The notes below the pieces were generated by a model, which did not search any database, was not told the origin of the DNA, and saw nothing but the letters and a program-made list of their open reading frames with translations. A program made the translations under genes and the position numbers. A stretch of DNA of 64,000 nucleotides from NCBI GenBank assembly GCA_016710325.1, contig JADJXK010000002.1, positions 946,622 through 1,010,621 of the forward strand, written 5' to 3'. Source of the DNA: Candidatus Leptofilum proximum (GTDB taxonomy: Bacteria > Chloroflexota > Anaerolineae > Promineifilales > Promineifilaceae). Positions 8,325-18,769 of this stretch are shown one piece after another. How positions within the stretch are numbered: the first letter of the stretch is position 1; every line of letters begins with the position of its first letter.

Positions 8325-9902
8325 TCAGGGAACCGGCAGCCAGACGGTGAATGTAGTGCCGCGACCCGGTTCGCTTTCCATGGCAATGTGGCCGTGATGG
8401 GCCTGCACAATTTGCTGGGCAATACACAGCCCCAGCCCCGTACCCACGATGTTTCCCTGCTCCGCCGGGCGCCCCCGGAAAAACCGATCAAAAATGTGTG
8501 CCTGATCTTCCGGGGCAATGCCCGGACCGTTATCCTGCACCTGCACCATCAGCCACTGCCGGTTTTCTTCTTCATACCGTGCCGCTTCCAGGTTGATCGT
8601 TGTGCCGGTTGGTGTATAGGCAAAAGCGTTATCCAGCAGCTCGCTAAAGACCTGCCGCAGTCGGGCACGGTCGCCTTTGAAAAGGGGTAAATTGTCTGCC
8701 GCGGTAAAGTTTAGGGTGTGCTGCGTCAGCTGAGCGCGTCTCTGATTGTTCGCCACGATTTGGCGCAGCATTTCGATCAGGTCAATAGAGCGCCACTCCA
8801 AAACACTCTCGGAGCTTTCCAGGCTGGCCAGCTCCAGGATATCCTGAACCAGGTGCTCCAGCCGTTCCGCCTGCTGGCTCAAGGTGTGCAGGTAGTGGGC
8901 CGCCTTGCCATTGCCCAATCCATCTTCAACCAGCTGGGTGTACAGTTTGATGTTGGTCAGCGGCGTACGCAGCTGGTGTGAAACGTTGGTAATGAAGCTG
9001 TACTGCGCCTTGTCCAACGCCTTAAAGCGGCTGATGTCTTGGTGGCTGGTAACATAGCCGGTGATACGGCCGTCTTCAGCCAACATCGGTACAATGGTTA
9101 GAACCGTGGGGTAAGTACGGCCGTCCTGGCACAACCCAATCACTTCCCCCGACCACACTGCGCCTGCGGCAAACGCCTGCGCCTGCGCCTGGAAATCCCG
9201 CGGGGCAAAATCAAACATCACCTCAAACGACTGCGTCTGCGCTTCCGCCAGGCTAAACATCGTCAGGTTGGTAAAGGCGGGGTTCACATACACGATTTTC
9301 TTATTGGCATCGGCCATGGCCACCGCTTCGGCAATAGAACCGAGCACCGCTTCCAGCTTCTCTTTTTCGGCGGCCAAATCGGCCGTGTGCTGCCGCACCT
9401 GCTGCTCCAATGAGCTGTTCACCTGCCGCAGCGCCGACTCCGCTTCCTTGCGCCAGCGAATATCCCGGGCAAAGTTGATCAACACATCGCGCCCCTGCCA
9501 GAACACCATGCGGCTGCTCACCTCCACCGGGATCAACGTGCCATTTTTGTGCCGGTAAGTAGTTTCGTAGAAAAAAGTGCCAGACACAGACGACTGCCAC
9601 GACGTTTCGGCTTCATCATCGTCCAGGGAACGCGGCATTTCCACCTGATCCAGCCCCAGCTGACACAGCTCGTCGCGGCGGTAGCCCAGGCGGCGCGCCG
9701 CGTTGGGGTTAGCCTCTAAAATTTTCGTGGTGTAGGGATCGACGATGAGGATGCTCTCGCCGGAATTTTCAAACAAGAAATCGCCGTAAGCAGCTGAAGC
9801 GGCCGACTGGTTTTTGGCCTCCAGTTCAGCAATCCGCTGTCGCAGTGCGCCAATTTCCTGTTGCAAGCGTTCATGAGACTGAGATTTATTCAAGAAACTC
9901 AT
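8325..9902 (-). CDS. PAS-domain sensor histidine kinase (cytoplasmic)
   Basis: A coiled N-terminus and two PAS-like regions. H-box FITNVSHQLRTPLT, N-box LLDNAFAY, and G-boxes QDNGPGI and GTGLGL. Confidence 0.9.
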   Translation of the reverse strand: MSFLNKSQSHERLQQEIGALRQRIAELEAKNQSAASAAYGDFLFENSGESILIVDPYTTKILEANPNAARRLGYRRDELCQLGLDQVEMPRSLDDDEAETSWQSSVSGTFFYETTYRHKNGTLIPVEVSSRMVFWQGRDVLINFARDIRWRKEAESALRQVNSSLEQQVRQHTADLAAEKEKLEAVLGSIAEAVAMADANKKIVYVNPAFTNLTMFSLAEAQTQSFEVMFDFAPRDFQAQAQAFAAGAVWSGEVIGLCQDGRTYPTVLTIVPMLAEDGRITGYVTSHQDISRFKALDKAQYSFITNVSHQLRTPLTNIKLYTQLVEDGLGNGKAAHYLHTLSQQAERLEHLVQDILELASLESSESVLEWRSIDLIEMLRQIVANNQRRAQLTQHTLNFTAADNLPLFKGDRARLRQVFSELLDNAFAYTPTGTTINLEAARYEEENRQWLMVQVQDNGPGIAPEDQAHIFDRFFRGRPAEQGNIVGTGLGLCIAQQIVQAHHGHIAMESEPGRGTTFTVWLPVP

Positions 9903-10090
9903 CTTATTCCACCTGATTTGCCGGTGCTCGGTGTATGACAGCGTTTTGGCTTCTAAGTTGAGCAGAGTTTATCAATTTTTTGGGGAAGAGGTTGAAAACA
10001 CACAACGAGCCAATCTCTCCGCGACTATTTTCTGCGGGAAACGGCCGTCTGTCGATAGCATATCCGTCCTAAGTTGTAACCACCAGGCAT

Positions 10091-10118
10091 TAGACAATCA
10101 CCTAATCCAGGCTATAAT
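10091..10118 (+). promoter_or_regulatory. Candidate sigma-70-like promoter of the carboxypeptidase gene
   Basis: TAGACA, a 16-nt spacer, then TATAAT. This leaves a leader of about 55 nt ending in AAAAGGAG before the GTG start. Confidence 0.45.
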
Positions 10119-10176
10119 CTGCCAGATTCACGGTTGTTTTGTATGCAGTTTCCACCCCCCACAAAAGGAGTAATCG

Positions 10177-11850
10177 GTGACCCAAGAGATACGATTTGAC
10201 ACTTATTACCGCTACGACGCGCTGACGGCCTTCCTCAAGCAGTGGGCCGAGGCTTACCCCAAGCTGTGCCGCCTGGAGAGCATCGGCCAGAGCTTCGAAG
10301 GACGCGACATCTGGCTCATGACCCTCACCAACAGCGAAACCGGGCCAGACACGGAAAAACCAGCTTATTGGGCCGACGGCAACATTCACGCCACAGAAGT
10401 TTCGGCTTCCACCGCATCCCTGTACCTCATCAACAAGCTGCTGACGCAGTACGGCCAGGATGACAAGGTAACCTACGCCCTGGACACCCGCGCCTTCTAC
10501 GTGGTGCCGCGCCTGAATCCAGACGGCGCTGAGCTGGCCCTGGCCGAACGGCCGCGCTACATCCGCAGCAGCACGCGCCCCTACCCGCGCATGGACAAGC
10601 TGGACGGCCTGCACCAGGAAGACGTGGATGGCGACGGCCGTATCCTGCAAATGCGCGTTAAAGACCCTAACGGCAGCTGGAAAGCCCATCCCGATGACCC
10701 TCGCCTCATGATCCCGCGCGAGCCGGATGAAGCGCCCGGCGGCGACTTCTACCGGGTTTTGCCCGAAGGCCTCATCCAAAATTACGACGGCGTGCTTATC
10801 AACATGGCGCCGCCGGTGGAAGGGCTGGACCTGAACCGGCAGTTCCCCGTTTTTTGGGAACCCAACCAGCGCGGCGCGGGCCATTACCCTGGCAGCGAAC
10901 CGGAAACGGCCGCACCCATGAAATTTATCGCCAACCACCCCAACATTACCGGTTCGGTGAGCTTCCACACCTTCAGCGGCGTCTACCTGCGCCCGCCAAC
11001 CAAAGGCGCCGACGACACGCTGCCCACGCAGGACCTATACACCTACAAAAAGCTGGCCCAGACGGCCGAAAAGATGACCGGCTACAAAGGCGTCTCCGTC
11101 TTCCACGACTTTAAATACGATCCCAAGGAGTACATCAAGGGCACGTTTGACGACTGGATGTACGAGTACCTGGGCCTCTATGCCTGGACCTGCGAAATCT
11201 GGAGCGTGCAAAAGCAGGCGGGCATCACCGATTACAAGTACATGGACTGGTTCCGTGAGCATCCGCTGGAGGATGACATGGCCATCATGAAGTGGAACGA
11301 TGAGGTTCTGGAAGGCAAAGGGTACGTAGATTGGTACGAATTTGACCATCCGCAGTTGGGCCAGGTGGAGCTGGGCGGTTGGGACTTTTTTGTCACCTGG
11401 CGCAACCCGCCCTACCAGCTGCTGGAAAAAGAGGTTGCTCCCCTGGCCGATTTTGCCCTTTACTCCTGCCTGGTTTCGCCCAAATTGGATTGGCACAGCG
11501 TAGAAAAATCGTCGCAGGGTAAGGTGCACCGGATAACGGCCGTTGTGCACAACACCGGCTGGCTGCCCACCAACGTCTCCCAGCAGGCACTCAAAATGAA
11601 CGTCGTGCGCGAACTGGAAGTGGACATCACCCTGCCCGACGGCGCCAAACTGATCACCGGCAAGCCCAAGACGATGCTGGGCCAGCTCAGCGGCCGCGAC
11701 AACAAAAGCACCAGCACCATCTGGGGCGGCGATCCCACCAGCGAGCGGGCCAAGGTGGAATGGGTCATTGAAGCCGAACCAGGCAGCGAAGTGGAAATTA
11801 CGGCCGTTCACCCCCGGGCGGGCACCATTCGCAAGTCGCTTACTTTGTAG
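10177..11850 (+). CDS. M14-family zinc carboxypeptidase
   Basis: GNIHATEVSAS (HxxE zinc motif), VVPRLNPDG and FHTFSG (second His region). GTG start preceded by an SD. Confidence 0.85.
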   Translation: MTQEIRFDTYYRYDALTAFLKQWAEAYPKLCRLESIGQSFEGRDIWLMTLTNSETGPDTEKPAYWADGNIHATEVSASTASLYLINKLLTQYGQDDKVTYALDTRAFYVVPRLNPDGAELALAERPRYIRSSTRPYPRMDKLDGLHQEDVDGDGRILQMRVKDPNGSWKAHPDDPRLMIPREPDEAPGGDFYRVLPEGLIQNYDGVLINMAPPVEGLDLNRQFPVFWEPNQRGAGHYPGSEPETAAPMKFIANHPNITGSVSFHTFSGVYLRPPTKGADDTLPTQDLYTYKKLAQTAEKMTGYKGVSVFHDFKYDPKEYIKGTFDDWMYEYLGLYAWTCEIWSVQKQAGITDYKYMDWFREHPLEDDMAIMKWNDEVLEGKGYVDWYEFDHPQLGQVELGGWDFFVTWRNPPYQLLEKEVAPLADFALYSCLVSPKLDWHSVEKSSQGKVHRITAVVHNTGWLPTNVSQQALKMNVVRELEVDITLPDGAKLITGKPKTMLGQLSGRDNKSTSTIWGGDPTSERAKVEWVIEAEPGSEVEITAVHPRAGTIRKSLTL

Positions 11851-11943
11851 AATTCGGGTCTTTCGGATTTCGTAGGACTTGGCATGAAACGTGAAGCGTG
11901 AAACGTGATTTTTCCTGGTCACGCTTCACGTTTCACGCATCAC
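11851..11943 (-). repeat. GTGAAACGT-family dispersed element, copy 2
   Basis: GAAACGTGAAGCGTGAAACGTGA ... TCACGCTTCACGTTTCACGC plus the conserved flank CGGATTTCGTAGG. It lies between convergent genes and overlaps the stop codon at 11940. Confidence 0.8.
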
Positions 11944-14063
11944 TCCTCTGCCCCCACTCCCGGCGGCAAGGGCACCACATACACCATCGCCAACGCCTCG
12001 CCGCTGCCCACTTCGACCGGCAGCAGCAGGCGCACCTGCTCCAGCAGGCACAAACTCTCCGCTTTGGCTTCGCAGTAGTAGATAACCAAATCAGCTTGCA
12101 GCTCGCCCGCGCCGCTCACCATGAGCGGAATTTGCAGCGGGAAGCTGGGCGCCACCTGCTGCACCGTGGCGCTGTCTGGATCGAGCGACAAGCCACCTGA
12201 AGCGGAAATTTCAGCCAGGAAGGGGGCGATGTCGTTAAATTTGTAGCCGTCAGGCAGATCGATTTGCAGGTTTAGCGTCGTTGCGCCAGCGGCCACGGCT
12301 TGCGCTTCCAGCGTCACGGTCTTGCCGGTGAACTCGCCATCGGCTGCCCGCGTGAGCAAGCCTTGCGGGTCGGCCAGGACGAGCGTGCTGACCGTGCCAT
12401 CAGCCAGACTGGCTATGCGAATAACGTGGTTGTTGGTGTCGGCGATGTAGAGACGGCCGTTGCCCAAACTCAACCCACCCGGTTCGTCAAACAGCGGTTC
12501 AGCACCGTCGCGCCAGCCGTCTTCGCCCGTGCCCAGGAAGGAGGTGCTGGTTTGTGCGGCCGGATCGATGACCTTAATTTTGTGGTTGTAGGTGTCGGCC
12601 ACGTACAGCAGGCCGTCGGCATAAACCACACCCAGGGGATGCTGGAGGCGCACCTCGCTGCCACGGCCGTCCACGTCGCCAAAGTCAAACAGGCCGGTGC
12701 CCACGATGGTTTGCAGCTCACCGCCCTCGCCCAGGCTGGCGGTGCGAATAGCACTGGCTTCACTGTCGGCGACGTAGAGCAGGCGGCCATCGCTGGCCAG
12801 GCCGCTGGGCTGGTTCAGGCCGCCGCTGAGCAGCGGCCCATCAACCAGTTCTTCGCGGCCGGACCCGGCAAAAACTTGCACAATCCGGGTCGCCGGATTG
12901 TACTGCCACAGCTGGTGCTGCCCGGCCATGGCGATGTAGACGATGCCGTCCACGGCCAGCACGTCCCATGGCGAGTTGAGGGCTACGGCCGTTCCCGTCC
13001 CTTCCAGCGGACCATAGCTGCCGTGACGGCCGTTGCCCGCCACCGTCTCCACAGTTTGCGCGGCTAAGTCTATTTTGCGAATGGCGTGGTTTTCCGTGTC
13101 CGCTACGTACAGCGTGTTGGCATCGGCCAGGGTGAGGCCCTGGGGACGGAAAAATTGGGCCGTTTCATAGCTGCCATCCTGAAGGCCAGAACGGCCGCTG
13201 CCAATCACCGCCTGCACCACGCCGTCCAGATCCGTCACCACAATGCGGTTGTGGTTGGAGTCGGCGATGAAGAGACGGCTGTTGGCCTCATCGGCCAGCA
13301 CTTTGCCGGGGAACAGCAGGGGCGAGTTGACCAGGTTCTCACGCTCCAGCTTCAGGTCCAGCGGCGTGCGGTCGATCAGGTCGCGGGCGTCAAACTCGGC
13401 AATCATGCCGATGATCACCTGGTTGAACAGGTCAAAAATGCCCTCGCCAGAGTGGAAACCCAGCACGTTACCTTCAGGATCGATGAGGACAAAGGTAGGC
13501 CAGGCATTGGCGCCATAGGTGCGCCAGACCTCAAAGTTGTTGTCGTTGATGACGGGATGTTCCAGCTCGTAGCGCAAAATGATCTGGCGGATGTTGTCCG
13601 TTTCGCTCTCGTTGACAAACTTGGCCGAATGCACGCCAATCACCACCAGCTCATCGGCGAACTTTTCTTCCAGCCGCTTCAACTCCGGGATGACGTGTAT
13701 GCAGTTGATGCAGCCGTAGGTCCAGAAGTCCAGCAGCACAATTTTGCCACGCAGTTCGGCCATGGTTAACGGCCGTTCCACGTTCAGCCAATCCAATCCG
13801 GGCGGGAAGTCCGGCGCAGGGATATTTCCGGCATAAGGCCGGGCGTCTGGTGAGGGTTCAGTCACGGGAACCTCCTGTGGGGCAGATGCCGTCGGCGCAG
13901 GTGGCGGACTGGTAGTCGTGGCCACCGCCACGCTGGCGGATGAGGTGGGGGCAACAAATGCCGTGGCCGCTGCTTCTGGCGTTTCGTCCGCAGTGGGCGG
14001 GGTTTGGCAGGCGGTTAGCCAGATGAGCAAGAAGATGGGGATGAGGAACGGCCGTATTTTCAT
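11940..14063 (-). CDS. Lipoprotein with a thioredoxin-like (redoxin) domain fused to an NHL-repeat beta-propeller
   Basis: Lipobox LTAC. VLLDFWTYGCINCIHVIPELK (CxxC). Multiple repeats of the LYVADT.NH.I type (NHL). Confidence 0.85.
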   Translation of the reverse strand: MKIRPFLIPIFLLIWLTACQTPPTADETPEAAATAFVAPTSSASVAVATTTSPPPAPTASAPQEVPVTEPSPDARPYAGNIPAPDFPPGLDWLNVERPLTMAELRGKIVLLDFWTYGCINCIHVIPELKRLEEKFADELVVIGVHSAKFVNESETDNIRQIILRYELEHPVINDNNFEVWRTYGANAWPTFVLIDPEGNVLGFHSGEGIFDLFNQVIIGMIAEFDARDLIDRTPLDLKLERENLVNSPLLFPGKVLADEANSRLFIADSNHNRIVVTDLDGVVQAVIGSGRSGLQDGSYETAQFFRPQGLTLADANTLYVADTENHAIRKIDLAAQTVETVAGNGRHGSYGPLEGTGTAVALNSPWDVLAVDGIVYIAMAGQHQLWQYNPATRIVQVFAGSGREELVDGPLLSGGLNQPSGLASDGRLLYVADSEASAIRTASLGEGGELQTIVGTGLFDFGDVDGRGSEVRLQHPLGVVYADGLLYVADTYNHKIKVIDPAAQTSTSFLGTGEDGWRDGAEPLFDEPGGLSLGNGRLYIADTNNHVIRIASLADGTVSTLVLADPQGLLTRAADGEFTGKTVTLEAQAVAAGATTLNLQIDLPDGYKFNDIAPFLAEISASGGLSLDPDSATVQQVAPSFPLQIPLMVSGAGELQADLVIYYCEAKAESLCLLEQVRLLLPVEVGSGEALAMVYVVPLPPGVGAEE

Positions 14064-14261
14064 AATTGCACTCCAGGTTTATTATTTCCTCTGAAACTCT
14101 GAAGTTTCTGGGGAAATGTCTTAAGCATACCGCATGTGCGCGTGATTGGTCTGAAAAAATCCTTATGAAAATCTTAAACCTGATGAAAGAATTAAAGCTC
14201 TGCTCCATTTCCTCGCGAAAATTTCTGTCTGGCCACGAACCCGCTATAATCCGGTCCAACT

Positions 14262-16448
14262 ATGAAAAAGTATTTGCTCCTGCTTCTGTTTTTTGCCTTG
14301 CTGGTCGCCTGCGGCTCCGATGGCCTCATTCCCCCTATCCAGGACTCCACTGAACTGGTGACGCTGACGCCACTGCCTACCAATACGCCCCGCCCCACGG
14401 AAATGCCCACAAGCGATGATGCCAATGGCTTTGGCCTGGCATTTTACCGGGCGTGGGAGTTAGGTGATTATTTGGGCATGTACAGCTTGCTCACGCCCAG
14501 CAGTCAGGCATTGGTAGACAACATTTCTTTTGTGGCTCGCTATGAAGAAGCAATGAAAACAGCCACCGTTACCGACATTACCACGCAGGCGCTGGGCACG
14601 CTGCAGGATGGCAACACGGCGCAGATGCAGGTACGCGTGACGTGGCAAACGGCCGCTGTCGGCAGCATTGTGCGCGAATACACGGTACCGCTGGCGTTTG
14701 AAAACGGCCGCTGGGGCATCGTCTGGGATGAAGGGCTGATTTTGCCCGAACTGGCCGGGGGCAACACGCTGGTGATGCAGCAGCGCATCCCCGCCCGCGC
14801 CAACCTCTACGACGTCAACGGCAAGGCGCTGGCCTACCAGGGCACCATTCTCACCCTGGGGGTCGTTCCTGGCCAGATTGAAGACGAACCGGCTATGCTG
14901 GCCGCCCTTAGCCCCATGCTTAACCTGTCGCCAGAGGAAATCAAGGAGATTTACGCCCCAGCCCAGCCCGACTGGTACTGGCCCATCGGCGATGTGACCG
15001 AGGCGACGATGCAGCAGTATGGCCCGTCGATCCAACCTTTCATCGGCAAGGGGTTGGCCGAACCAAAACCGCGCCTGGCCCGCCTCTTCTCGGACTCGGG
15101 CGCGGCGCCGCACCTCATCGGCTACACCGGCTACATCCCCGCCGAGCAGCTGGCCGAGTACCAGGCGCAGGGTTTTGCCGGGGATGAGACTGTTGGGCTG
15201 GCCGGGCTGGAGCGCTGGGGCGAGGATTACCTCAACGGCGAACGCGGCGGCACGCTGACGGTGGTTGGACCCAACGGCCAGTACATCAGCACGGTGCAGG
15301 AGCAGGAGCCCAAGCAGGCACGCAGTATCTACACCACGCTGAATCTGGATTACCAGACGGCCGTTGAACAAGCCCTGGCCGAAGCGGTGCAATCCTTGGG
15401 CTTACATGCGGGTGCAGCCGTGGTGCTGCAAGCCAACACGGGCAAGATTCTGGCGATGGCCAGCTACCCCAGCTACGATCCGCGCATTTTTGATCCGTTT
15501 GCCCAGGATTCGGCCGCTGCGCTGGGCGCAGCGTTTAACGATCCCAATCGCCCCTTGCTGAACCGGGCGGCCCAGGGAGTGTATCCCGCTGGCTCTACCT
15601 TCAAAATTGTGACCTACACGGCGGCCATCAACAGCGGCCTGTACACGCCAGACACGTTTTACAACAGCACCGGCACCTGGAGCCGGCTGGGTGACCAGTT
15701 TATCAAGGTGGATTGGCGCGAGGGCGGACACGGCAGTATCAGCCTCAAACAAGCGCTGGTCGTTTCCTGCAACTCCTGTTTTTACGATGCCGCCTTCGAG
15801 ATGGATGCTATGGATCCGAACTTCTTCCCGAATACGGCCGTACAGTTTGGCCTGGGTCAGCCTACGGGCGCGGTAGGTGTGGTGGAATCCGCCGGAACGG
15901 TACCCAGCCCGGAATGGAAGCTGGCCAACAAGGGCGAAGGCTGGGTGCGCGGTGATGCCGTCAACATGGGCATTGGCCAGGGCGACGTGCAGGTGACGCC
16001 GCTGCAATTGGCCAGCATTATTGCTGCGGTGGGCAACGGCGGCACGTTTTACCGCCCCACGCTCATCGACCGCATCGGCGCAGGCGGCGGTGCGCCAGAG
16101 GAACCGTTCCCGGTGCAAATCAACGGCGAGCTGCCGCTGTCGCCAGAAAATTTGGCCATCATGCAAGAAAGCTTGTGGAAGGTGGCCAACGACTCCAATG
16201 GCACGGCGACACACCAGTTCATTGGCCTGCCCATCCAGGTAGCGGGCAAAACGGGTACGGCCGAAGCGCCACCCGGCAATTCTCACGCCTGGTTTGTGGG
16301 TTACGCCCCGGCCAACCAGCCAGAAATTGCCATCGTCGTGATTTTGGAACATGGGGGGGAAGGTTCGGCCGTTTCTGCCCCGCTCTTTCGCCGCCTGGTT
16401 GAGCTGTATTACAGCATCACGCCCATCACACCGTTCCCCTGGCAGTAA
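14262..16448 (+). CDS. Class B penicillin-binding protein (transpeptidase) lipoprotein with an NTF2-like N-terminal domain
   Basis: Lipobox LVAC. STFK (SxxK), SCN (SxN) and KTGT motifs in canonical order. Confidence 0.9.
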   Translation: MKKYLLLLLFFALLVACGSDGLIPPIQDSTELVTLTPLPTNTPRPTEMPTSDDANGFGLAFYRAWELGDYLGMYSLLTPSSQALVDNISFVARYEEAMKTATVTDITTQALGTLQDGNTAQMQVRVTWQTAAVGSIVREYTVPLAFENGRWGIVWDEGLILPELAGGNTLVMQQRIPARANLYDVNGKALAYQGTILTLGVVPGQIEDEPAMLAALSPMLNLSPEEIKEIYAPAQPDWYWPIGDVTEATMQQYGPSIQPFIGKGLAEPKPRLARLFSDSGAAPHLIGYTGYIPAEQLAEYQAQGFAGDETVGLAGLERWGEDYLNGERGGTLTVVGPNGQYISTVQEQEPKQARSIYTTLNLDYQTAVEQALAEAVQSLGLHAGAAVVLQANTGKILAMASYPSYDPRIFDPFAQDSAAALGAAFNDPNRPLLNRAAQGVYPAGSTFKIVTYTAAINSGLYTPDTFYNSTGTWSRLGDQFIKVDWREGGHGSISLKQALVVSCNSCFYDAAFEMDAMDPNFFPNTAVQFGLGQPTGAVGVVESAGTVPSPEWKLANKGEGWVRGDAVNMGIGQGDVQVTPLQLASIIAAVGNGGTFYRPTLIDRIGAGGGAPEEPFPVQINGELPLSPENLAIMQESLWKVANDSNGTATHQFIGLPIQVAGKTGTAEAPPGNSHAWFVGYAPANQPEIAIVVILEHGGEGSAVSAPLFRRLVELYYSITPITPFPWQ

Positions 16449-16525
16449 CGATGCATACTACGCGGTTTTCAATCAAGTTCTCTTTTTGTCTCGAAATATG
16501 GCCGCATCGTTGGCGCGATTAACAG

Positions 16526-17047
16526 TCATTTCTTAGCATCTTTTGCCCGCTGCCGGTGTTCAACAGAGCCGTACGTATTCGGTTCATCGGTCTCCAGGCA
16601 GTGGCGTAAGGCGTTGAGGCGTTTTTGTGTCTCGCGTCTGAGCAGCCAATTCATCACTGGCTCCAGGATCGGGGCCAGCGGCCGGGGACGGGCCCAAAAA
16701 AAGTAGATGTAGGTAACACGAGATCGGTTTTCGCCCAAAGGTTCATGGCGAATGGTGGCGGCAAAGTGGTCAAAAAACGGCGGCCGGTTGGTGAGGGAAA
16801 CGGCCGCAACCCGTCCCGGCTCAAAACGAATGTACTCCGTCTCCAGCGGCAAGTACGCCCCACGCCACGTCCCCACACACAGCGAACGCACCCCCAGCCC
16901 GGCTTCCACGGCCCCGTCCAGCAAAATCGCTTTGCTCAACAGCGTATCCCACTCCAGGCGACGGCCGTAATCGTGAATGAGTTGGAAAACGGCCGTACAG
17001 CTCGCCGCCACTTCCACCGATACCGTTCCTCTAGGCATGGGCCGCAT
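16526..17047 (-). CDS. SRPBCC (START/polyketide-cyclase-like) family protein
   Basis: ORF 16526..17146. Start placed at the ATG at 17047, which has GGAG 4 nt upstream. Composition and length fit the SRPBCC fold. The start is uncertain. Confidence 0.6.
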   Translation of the reverse strand: MRPMPRGTVSVEVAASCTAVFQLIHDYGRRLEWDTLLSKAILLDGAVEAGLGVRSLCVGTWRGAYLPLETEYIRFEPGRVAAVSLTNRPPFFDHFAATIRHEPLGENRSRVTYIYFFWARPRPLAPILEPVMNWLLRRETQKRLNALRHCLETDEPNTYGSVEHRQRAKDAKK

Positions 17048-17555
17048 CCCGCTCCGCATTGGCTTTGATGCCGCGCAGCAAGTAACGCTGGAACAACGCC
17101 AGCACCAGACGCACCGGCAGATACAGACACCAGCCAATAAACCCACGCAGCATAAACTGGCTGGTCAGGACCAGCTGCACCGCATCCTGCCCCGGCACGA
17201 TGCGGTAAGAACCCGCCGTCATCTGGAACGGCCCATCGGCCAAATCGAGCAGGTACCCCACGCGGAAACCGGGGCTGGCCTTGAAGGTGAAATCGTAGCG
17301 GGTGTGAGGCTGCCAGGTGGTGATTTGCTGGGTGAAGGTACGGCCGTTGGCAAAATACGCCACACGCCTGCCACCTTCACCTGCCTGCGTTACCTCTGCC
17401 CGCAGCGGCTTGGGAATACCCAACAGCGCCAGGTAAGCTGGGTGGTCAAACGAGGCGATATCCACTTCGGTGACGTGCCGCCAGACGATCCCGGCGGGTG
17501 CTCGTACGGCCGTCACGTGTTCAATCTGATACTGCTTTTGCCTCAGCCACATCAT
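17031..17555 (-). CDS. SRPBCC-family protein with a C-terminal hydrophobic segment
   Basis: 174 aa. The IEHVTAVRAPAGIVWRHV opening is typical of SRPBCC proteins. It lies in tandem with the downstream paralog-like gene. Confidence 0.6.
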   Translation of the reverse strand: MMWLRQKQYQIEHVTAVRAPAGIVWRHVTEVDIASFDHPAYLALLGIPKPLRAEVTQAGEGGRRVAYFANGRTFTQQITTWQPHTRYDFTFKASPGFRVGYLLDLADGPFQMTAGSYRIVPGQDAVQLVLTSQFMLRGFIGWCLYLPVRLVLALFQRYLLRGIKANAERDAAHA

Positions 17556-17575
17556 TTTTTGTCTAGCCGCAGGGT

Positions 17576-18709
17576 TCAGGTTGCAAGGCGCACCTTGATC
17601 AATATTCCCATCAGAAGGGTCAACACGCTGATACCGGCAAGGGTCAGCATGATCGACGACTCTCCTGCCAGGGGAATAATTTGGGCCACCACAGCTGGCA
17701 CCACCATGCCCCCTACCAGGGACCCGGCCAGAATGTAGACTGTACCGCTGGTTGCGCCAAACGCCTGGTTGAGCCAGTTAAAACAGTTGGGAAAAACGGT
17801 GCCCAGAGAGGCACCGAGCAGCACCACAGCCACCGTGGCCAATGGAGGCAAATTGGCCACCGCCAGCAGCAAAGTAGTCAGGCCAAGGCTGCCCAATACA
17901 ATCTGGTACGGCCGTAAGCGCAAGCTCAAGGGAATGACGGCCAGCCGGGAAGCCGTGAACATCAAAAAAAAGAGCGACGTGGCGGCAGCAGCACCGTCGG
18001 CTGAAACACCGACAGCCAGCAAATAGGTGGCAGCATACCCGATGGTGCTGACCTCCACCCCCACGCCAAAGCCCAATAGGGCGATAAAAGCCAACAAGAT
18101 TCCGCGGTTTTGGCGCGGACGCAGCTCAGTGGCCCTCGTTGGCAGGCGATCATCCATCATCAAACCCAGCGGTACGAGGGCAGCGCCAAAACCGGCTAGA
18201 ACAAAAAACGGCATTCTGGAGTTAGCAAAGTCCAACAAAAAGAGGAGAGGACTCAAAATGGCCCCCACGCCAAAAATGGCGTTCAGCAAATTGACCATGC
18301 CTGGGCTGCGACGGCCGTAGCCCACAGCATAGAGGCTGTTGAGACCAATCGTCAGGGCGCCATAGGCCAAGCCGATGATCAGGCCACCAGCCAGGGTAAG
18401 CAGCCAGCTCAAGCCAAAGCCAATCAGCAGGGCGCCCACTGCCAGCAAGGCACAGGCCAGGCCCACACGCCACCGCGCCAGAGAACGGTTGGCCAGAGGA
18501 ATGGCGCTGGCCACACCCAACAGGACACCTGCATTATGCACGCTCACAAGCAAACCGGCTGCCCCCGCCGGAAGGCCGAAGTTTTCTGTAAAAACCGGCA
18601 AAGAGGGTCCATACAACGCCTGAGCGCCGCCGATCAAAACAAAGCTAAGTAGGCCGGTGACTGTGGCCAGAGAGGAGAGCTGCCGCATCGGCAAAGCTGA
18701 TTCTTCCAT
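17576..18709 (-). CDS. MFS transporter
   Basis: 377 aa, about 12 TM segments, MFS-like loop motifs. Confidence 0.8.
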   Translation of the reverse strand: MEESALPMRQLSSLATVTGLLSFVLIGGAQALYGPSLPVFTENFGLPAGAAGLLVSVHNAGVLLGVASAIPLANRSLARWRVGLACALLAVGALLIGFGLSWLLTLAGGLIIGLAYGALTIGLNSLYAVGYGRRSPGMVNLLNAIFGVGAILSPLLFLLDFANSRMPFFVLAGFGAALVPLGLMMDDRLPTRATELRPRQNRGILLAFIALLGFGVGVEVSTIGYAATYLLAVGVSADGAAAATSLFFLMFTASRLAVIPLSLRLRPYQIVLGSLGLTTLLLAVANLPPLATVAVVLLGASLGTVFPNCFNWLNQAFGATSGTVYILAGSLVGGMVVPAVVAQIIPLAGESSIMLTLAGISVLTLLMGILIKVRLAT

Positions 18710-18769
18710 ATAAACCTGTATTGCAAGTGCCTGTCACTTTTTGAAACTGACCGGCACCTTTGCGCTCAT